64,000 nt of DNA from an uncultured Clostridia bacterium (GTDB taxonomy: Bacteria > Bacillota > Clostridia > TANB77 > CAG-508), in the NCBI GenBank assembly GCA_904381285.1, contig CAJFII010000011.1, forward strand, positions 275-64,274, read 5' to 3'. A program made the translations under genes and the position numbers. Shown here piece after piece: positions 62,177 to 64,000 of this stretch (its first letter is position 1; each line of letters begins with the position of its first letter). The notes beneath the pieces are model-generated. The model made no database searches. It was given only the letters and a program-made list of their open reading frames with translations, and had not been told where the DNA came from.

Positions 62177-63238
62177 ATGATAAAAAGAACTGATACAAAA
62201 CCAATATATGTAGGAAATGTACAAATAGGTGGACAAAATAAAGTTGTAATTCAATCTATGTGTAATACAAAAACTAAAGATGTACAAAATACAGTAAAAC
62301 AAATACTAGATTTAGAAAAAGCTGGTTGTGAAATTATTAGAGTAGCTTGTCTAGATTTAGATGATGCTAAAGCAATAAAAGAAATAAAGAAAAATATTCA
62401 TATACCAATTGTGGCTGATATTCACTTTGACTATAAAATTGCATTACAAGCTATTGAAAGTGGAGTAGATAAAGTACGAATAAATCCTGGAAATATTGGT
62501 GATGAAAATAGAATAAAACAAGTTGTAAATGCTTGTAAAGAAAAAAATATACCTATAAGAATAGGGGTAAATTCAGGATCACTTGAAAAAGACTTATTAG
62601 AAAAATATGGTGGAAAACCAACTGCAAAAGCAATGGTTGAAAGTGCAAAAAGACATGTAGACATACTGGAAAAGTTGAATTTCTTTGATATAGCAATATC
62701 TTTAAAAGCATCAGATTTAGATTTATGTATAGAAGCATATGAGGAGGCTGCAAAAGTCTTTAACTATCCTTTACATTTAGGAATTACAGAAGCAGGTACA
62801 GTTTTTAGTGGAACAATTTCATCAAGTATTGGTTTAGGAATTATGCTAAAAGAAGGAATTGGCGATACTATTAGAGTGTCTTTAAGTGGTGATCCAGTAG
62901 AAGAAATAAAAGTTGCAAAAGAGATATTAAAAAATTGTAAATTGTATAATAAATCACCAAAATTGATTGCTTGTCCAACTTGTGGTAGAACACAAATAAA
63001 TATAATAGAAATTGCAAAAGAGGTTGAAGAATTCTTACAAAATATAGAAAGCAATATTACAGTGGCGGTAATGGGATGTGCAGTAAATGGACCAGGGGAA
63101 GCATCACAAGCTGATATAGGAATAGCAGGAGGAATAGAAGAAGGATTATTATTTAAAAAGGGAAAGATAATAAAAAAAGTCCCACAAAATCAAATTGTGG
63201 AAGTGTTAAAAAAAGAAATATTAGAAATGATTAAATAG
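62177..63238 (+). CDS. ispG: 4-hydroxy-3-methylbut-2-en-1-yl diphosphate synthase (flavodoxin)
   Basis: [43 protein letters not shown] and GCAVNGPGE. Confidence 0.96.
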   Translation: MIKRTDTKPIYVGNVQIGGQNKVVIQSMCNTKTKDVQNTVKQILDLEKAGCEIIRVACLDLDDAKAIKEIKKNIHIPIVADIHFDYKIALQAIESGVDKVRINPGNIGDENRIKQVVNACKEKNIPIRIGVNSGSLEKDLLEKYGGKPTAKAMVESAKRHVDILEKLNFFDIAISLKASDLDLCIEAYEEAAKVFNYPLHLGITEAGTVFSGTISSSIGLGIMLKEGIGDTIRVSLSGDPVEEIKVAKEILKNCKLYNKSPKLIACPTCGRTQINIIEIAKEVEEFLQNIESNITVAVMGCAVNGPGEASQADIGIAGGIEEGLLFKKGKIIKKVPQNQIVEVLKKEILEMIK

Positions 63239-63240
63239 AT

Positions 63241-63268
63241 AAAAGGTTACAGATGCTTGTAACCTTTT
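63241..63268 (+). terminator. rho-independent terminator after ispG
   Basis: AAAAGGTTAC / GTAACCTTTT stem with an 8-nt loop. Confidence 0.75.
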
Positions 63269-63319
63269 ATCTATTTTTGTCATATCATGTAGTATATCAA
63301 AAATTAAGGAGGAATAGTA

Positions 63320-63685
63320 ATGCGTAGAAGATGTAATTGTCATAAATGTTGTTTAAGTAATTATTCTAATTATAAAGACGACCTTATGGAAAAAGCATGC
63401 AATAATGTAATGCCGATTTCTGAATGTTGTAATGATAATGATGATAATTGTGGCTGTGGTTGTGGATTTGATGAAGAAGAATCAGTTTTTCCAGAAAATC
63501 CTATGCTTGCACAAAGTTATGTGCCATGGCAAACAATGGACAAAACTTTTAAACCTTGTATTGGATTAAAAATGGGTACAATTTTTCCTGAACTTGTGAG
63601 CCAATATGTACCATGCCAATCAATGGAAGAAATAGAGTATATTAGAAAAACAAATGAAATAGGAGAGGGGTGTAACAAATGTTAG
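63320..63685 (+). CDS. cotJA: spore coat-associated protein CotJA
   Basis: NPMLAQSYVPWQTMDKTFKPCIGLKMGTIFPEL matches the CotJA core. Cys-rich N-terminus. Confidence 0.8.
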   Translation: MRRRCNCHKCCLSNYSNYKDDLMEKACNNVMPISECCNDNDDNCGCGCGFDEEESVFPENPMLAQSYVPWQTMDKTFKPCIGLKMGTIFPELVSQYVPCQSMEEIEYIRKTNEIGEGCNKC

Positions 63686-64000
63686 ATAATAATATGAATA
63701 TAGAAAATAGAAATTGCATGTGCAATTGTAATTGTAATTGTGAATGCATGGATAATAATGAAGAAATGAGTTGTGAATGCAAAAACGAATTAAGAGAAGA
63801 AATGATGATGCAATTAAGAGCATATAAATTTTCTATAGTAGAATTAGGACTATATTTGGACACTCACCCAGATGATGAAAAAGCTCTTTGTTTGCATAGA
63901 GAATATTGTAAAAAGGCAAAAGACTTAGCAGATAAATATCAAAAAATGTTTGGTCCACTTACAATATATTATCCATGCAAAAAATGGAGATGGCTTGAAG
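63679..64000 (+). CDS. cotJB: spore coat protein CotJB (3' end outside the window)
   Basis: The ATG overlaps the cotJA stop (ATGTTAG). QLRAYKFSIVELGLYLDTHPDDEKAL...YQKMFGPLT is the CotJB signature. The frame is open to the window end and the ORF is not in the track. Confidence 0.8.
   Translation, partial: MLDNNMNIENRNCMCNCNCNCECMDNNEEMSCECKNELREEMMMQLRAYKFSIVELGLYLDTHPDDEKALCLHREYCKKAKDLADKYQKMFGPLTIYYPCKKWRWLE

Noticed and set aside
63269-63319. Sigma-E/K type promoter for cotJA (GTCATATCATGTAGTATATCA).
   Set aside because: Only a loose resemblance to CATA-type -10 elements. I cannot place -35 and -10 with correct spacing.

Overview
Low-GC (high-20s % by eye) Firmicutes/Clostridia-type chromosomal segment from a spore-former (spoIIP, cotJA/cotJB present). 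The backbone is housekeeping. It comprises upp; hrcA-grpE-dnaK-dnaJ with CIRCE; gap-pgk-tpiA-gpmI; MarR plus a heterodimeric ABC exporter; VanW; rpiA; ruvB; queH; a GT28 glycolipid synthase; polA; an SLT transglycosylase; galE; recJ-relA; spoIIP; ispG; and cotJAB. I saw no rRNA, tRNA, CRISPR array or IS element. Several accessory insertions interrupt this backbone. (1) The left ~9 kb has a frameshifted large serine recombinase with a tandem-duplicated tail, two XRE regulators with three palindromic operators, a pilin-leader GH5/BspA-repeat surface protein and hypothetical genes. (2) The dnaJ-gap interval (about 14.85-21.93 kb) is the most unusual part. Two ~1.1-kb direct repeats, each a pilin-leader paralogue (the right one frameshifted), bracket a self-contained cassette: low-complexity protein / vWA (MIDAS) / ~105-aa protein / 695-aa MoxR-like AAA+ ATPase with coiled coil and an unknown C-terminal domain. 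A compositionally foreign (much more GC-rich) convergent gene sits beside it. I consider this cassette the best candidate for an undescribed conflict/defence-type system. (3) A decayed sporulation-type sigma-factor gene lies divergent from a receiver-less Spo0A C-terminal-domain gene. (4) An orphan YezG/DUF600-type immunity gene follows gpmI. (5) Small rearrangement scars: a queH 3' end duplication flanking GNAT+CYTH genes, and identical terminator modules flanking gap. CDS coordinates follow the ORF track. Coordinates of non-coding features were hand-indexed and may be off by 1 nt.
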